Shown in pieces: positions 63,134-64,000 of a DNA stretch of 64,000 nt. The notes beneath the pieces are model-generated. The model did no database searches and was not told where the DNA came from. It saw nothing but the letters and a program-made list of their open reading frames with translations. Every line of letters begins with the position of its first letter. The first letter of the stretch is position 1. The position numbers and the translations under genes are program-made. The stretch spans positions 35,862-99,861 of the forward strand of contig JBKECI010000072.1 of NCBI GenBank assembly GCA_047974405.1, read 5' to 3'. The stretch is from Paludibacteraceae bacterium. Its GTDB lineage: Bacteria > Bacteroidota > Bacteroidia > Bacteroidales > Paludibacteraceae.

Positions 63134-63730
63134 ATGGAAAAATTTCAAACATTAACATCGGCCGTAGTCCCACTTCCCATAGAAAATGTGGATACTGACC
63201 AAATAATCCCGGCCCGTTTCTTAAAAGCTACCGACAAGAGCGGTTTCGGTGATAATCTTTTTGCCGATTGGCGATACAACAAAGACGGCTCTCCCAAAGC
63301 CGATTTTGTGCTGAACAATCCTATATACAGAGGCAGTTCAATTCTGGTAGCGGGCAAAAATTTTGGCTCAGGCTCCAGCCGTGAGCATGCCGCTTGGGCA
63401 ATTGCCGGATACGGATTCAAAGTAGTGGTATCGAGTTTTTTTGCAGATATATTCAGAAACAATGCGTTAAACAACGGTATTTTACCGGTAGTAATTAGCC
63501 CCGAATTCTTATCAAATATTTTTGAAACAATACAAAGAGACTCCAAATCGACTCTAACAGTAGATTTAGAAAATCAGACCATTACAAATGATAAAGATGG
63601 CATTACCGAAACTTTTGAAATCAATTCTTACAAAAAAGAGTGCCTTTTGAAAGGATTGGACGATATCGACTATCTTCTCAGCAAAAAAATGTTGATTGAA
63701 CAATACGAGCAAGAAAAGATAATCGCCTAA
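63134..63730 (+). CDS. leuD: 3-isopropylmalate dehydratase small subunit
   Basis: [20 protein letters not shown] and the aconitase swivel-domain motif [13 protein letters not shown]; 198 aa. Confidence 0.9.
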   Translation: MEKFQTLTSAVVPLPIENVDTDQIIPARFLKATDKSGFGDNLFADWRYNKDGSPKADFVLNNPIYRGSSILVAGKNFGSGSSREHAAWAIAGYGFKVVVSSFFADIFRNNALNNGILPVVISPEFLSNIFETIQRDSKSTLTVDLENQTITNDKDGITETFEINSYKKECLLKGLDDIDYLLSKKMLIEQYEQEKIIA

Positions 63731-63797
63731 CACAGATGCACACAAGCCAAGGATGTAAAACAGGAAAAAGACAACCTTTTGCACAAACACATTATAA

Positions 63798-64000
63798 ATG
63801 AAAAGATTGATAAATCCTTGGACGAAACTTCCCGATTACAAGTGTTTTGGCTGTTCGCCCAATAACCTTGCCGGAGTAAAAATGAAGTTTTATGAAGATG
63901 GAGATGAAATCGTCTCTGTATGGAAACCGGAAACACAATTTCAGGGATGGCGCAACACACTCCACGGCGGTATACAATCTTTGCTGATGGACGAAATATC
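63798..64000 (+). CDS. PaaI/hotdog-fold thioesterase family protein (partial, truncated at window end)
   Basis: Starts MKRLINPWTKLPDYKCFGCSPNNLAGVKMKFYEDGDEIVSVWKPETQFQGWRNTLHGGIQSLLMDEI, which is typical of PaaI-type thioesterases. It is absent from the ORF track because the window ends before any stop. Confidence 0.55.
   Translation, partial: MKRLINPWTKLPDYKCFGCSPNNLAGVKMKFYEDGDEIVSVWKPETQFQGWRNTLHGGIQSLLMDEI

Overview
This looks like a low-GC Bacteroidales (phylum Bacteroidota) chromosomal segment. About 50 genes are tightly packed on both strands, and most are conserved housekeeping genes. They include udk, a bamD-rpoZ-coaBC-DUF4835-recN cluster, serS, rnhB-cvpA, dxs, trkA followed by two tandem trkH genes, yidC-pyrG, argR-GNAT-argG and leuA-leuC-leuD-thioesterase. 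Interspersed are glycan-degrading enzymes: a GH13 alpha-amylase carrying a type IX secretion C-terminal domain, a GH51-like arabinofuranosidase, a tandem-domain GH43, and a very large secreted FG-GAP/PL11-like protein truncated at the window start. Three tRNA genes (Leu-GAG, Leu-CAG, Gly-GCC) lie on the minus strand. I found no transposase, integrase, CRISPR array or prophage signature, and no recognisable known defence system; no single obvious novel system stood out. The locus I would look at first is 34533-40648: a SusD-less TonB-dependent receptor, two OB-fold-like lipoproteins and an endonuclease/exonuclease/phosphatase (EEP) hydrolase, which could be a surface capture and utilisation system for nucleic acid or a phospho-substrate. 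Other points worth a second look are: a ~140-nt intergenic element present in two copies, with compensatory G-U wobble changes that suggest a structured small RNA; a Leu/Ile-rich leader peptide plus intrinsic terminator (classical attenuator) upstream of leuA; paired palindromic operators around an Rrf2 regulator and NmrA oxidoreductase module; and a yqiJK-like NfeD-flotillin operon next to a secreted K/E-rich coiled-coil protein. All functional calls rest on motif recognition by eye, since no database search was possible.
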